This document shows positions 62,630 through 64,000 of a stretch of DNA of 64,000 bases, piece after piece (position 1 is the stretch's first letter; each line of letters opens with the position of its first letter). The stretch comes from Candidatus Bathyarchaeota archaeon (GTDB lineage: Archaea; Thermoproteota; Bathyarchaeia; Bathyarchaeales; Bathycorpusculaceae): NCBI GenBank assembly GCA_963772455.1, contig CAVYXJ010000009.1, positions 1 to 64,000 on the forward strand, in the 5' to 3' direction. The notes below the pieces were generated by a model, which was given only the letters and a program-made list of their open reading frames with translations, was not told the origin of the DNA and searched no databases. The position numbers were made by a program, and so were the translations under genes.

Positions 62630-63259
62630 CTACTTTTTTTGTGGTGGTGTCATCGTTACAATTAAGTCTCTCGCGGCGCTTGCATACATCACATTTACAG
62701 CGTTTGATGGTGTAATTCTATGTTTTTTACCTGTTATTATTTTATTTAATATGTCTTGTTCCGTGACTGATCCTGGTGGTTTTATATCAATGACCTTGAA
62801 GGGGGCGCTTGTTCTCCTTGCTGAATCTATATCTTCCTCTTTGGAGAAAGGAAACAGATTGTACCCATGAGGTCCAGTTATTGACTCCAAAGTTATAATT
62901 GAAGGCTCGGAAGCTTTCTCCCACATATCTTCTAATGTACTTAGCATTCGCTTAATGTAAGGGTTTGAATTACAATAAAATAATTGAGGATCCAAATTAA
63001 CTTCGTTGATGGAATAGTTTTGAGACTGAAAGAGATGTTTTCCGTCTATTATGGTTACCCCAACATAATTCGCTGGGATATGTTTTACAAGGCCGAATTT
63101 TGAAAATAGTTTGGAGATTTCAAAGTTGTCTCTTGCGACTGGCGCGAGAATTTTGATAAGAACGCCTTGCGACTTAAGACTTTCAAAAATTTTTCTTAAA
63201 TAAATTGAGCGTCTTCGCTTATTGACAATAAATAGCAGGAGTATTGCAGTGACCAACAT
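62630..63259 (-). pseudogene. Internal fragment of a TrmB-like regulator (PLD-like effector domain)
   Basis: GV.IKILAP, VKH, VTIIDGKHLFQ, LEDMWEKA; no N-terminal HTH, weak start. Confidence 0.5.
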
Positions 63260-64000
63260 CTTTTTTCAAAAGGTATTCATGTATTGCTTTAGCTGATCTT
63301 CTGCCTGACCCCATAGCACTGATAACAGTGGCTTCTCCAGTCATTATATCTCCGCCTACGTATACACCTTCCAGACTTGTTTTACCGGTCTCTTGGTCAG
63401 CAACAATAGTACCTTGTTTTGTCGTCTCAAGCCCTTTTGTTACTTTTTGTATAATCGGGTTTGGTGTGCGTCCAATGGCAACGATAACGGTATCTACATC
63501 CATTACAAATTCAGAACCCTTAACCGGCACCGGCTTTCGTCTGCCAGACCCATCGGGCGCTCCTAGTTCCATCTCAACTAATTCAATTCCTTTAACCCTT
63601 CCCTGTTCATCTCCGATAAACCGGGTCGGCGATGCTAGGAACTTGCACGTTATGCCTTCTTCTTCAGCATTAAGCAGTTCTTCTTGTCTCGCAGGGATTT
63701 CATCTCTTGATCTTCGGTATATTATGCAGACATGCTCAGCGCCCAAACGTAAGGCACATCTTGCAGAGTCCATTGCAACGTTACCCCCTCCAATAACCGC
63801 TACATTCTTCCCAACTTTTATAGGAGTATCAAATACGGGGAAACGATAAGACTTCATCAGGTTAACTCTTATCAAGAATTCATTGGCTGAATATACTCCA
63901 CTCAAATTTTCGCCTGGTATTCCAAGAAATGTTGGCAATCCAGCCCCTGAACCAATGAACACTGCCTCAAAGCCACGATCGAATAGTTCTTGTGGTGTAA
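63219..64000 (-). CDS. gltD: NADPH-dependent glutamate synthase small subunit-like / NfnB oxidoreductase (5' part outside the window)
   Basis: FIGSGAGLP, GVYSANEFL, VIGGGNVAMDSAR, YRRSR, GGDI.TG.ATVISAMG.GR. Confidence 0.88.
   Translation of the reverse strand, partial: TPQELFDRGFEAVFIGSGAGLPTFLGIPGENLSGVYSANEFLIRVNLMKSYRFPVFDTPIKVGKNVAVIGGGNVAMDSARCALRLGAEHVCIIYRRSRDEIPARQEELLNAEEEGITCKFLASPTRFIGDEQGRVKGIELVEMELGAPDGSGRRKPVPVKGSEFVMDVDTVIVAIGRTPNPIIQKVTKGLETTKQGTIVADQETGKTSLEGVYVGGDIMTGEATVISAMGSGRRSAKAIHEYLLKKDVGHCNTPAIYCQ

Overview
This is an AT-rich archaeal chromosomal segment, most likely Bathyarchaeia. That assignment is inferred from an HMf-type histone, an FrhB-family protein, TATA-type promoters and an expanded family of PQQ-like beta-propeller surface proteins. 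No rRNA, tRNA, CRISPR array, integrase or transposase was seen. The window reads as an accessory region. It holds five paralogous ~850-900 aa membrane-anchored PQQ-like propeller proteins with constant ends and variable middles, and several other large surface proteins. It also holds five VapBC/AbrB-PIN toxin-antitoxin pairs plus scars of lost ones, four flavodoxins, a metal-homeostasis cluster (mntP, PepSY protein, ArsR, methyltransferase), a bacterial-type ClpB and a partial GltD/NfnB. The most notable unannotated signals are three. (1) An 18-aa Lys/Ala/Pro peptide (MAKKPAKKEVKKAPAKKK, histone-tail/H1-like) has its own TATA, SD and terminator and lies head-to-head with the histone gene. (2) A 42-aa Cys/His mini-protein lies behind a perfect 18-bp palindrome. 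(3) A thrice-repeated vapC-tail/hairpin element has its 13-nt loop exactly inverted in one copy. Six genes carry net +1 frameshifts, probably sequencing errors. All functional calls come from motif recognition by eye, not database searches.
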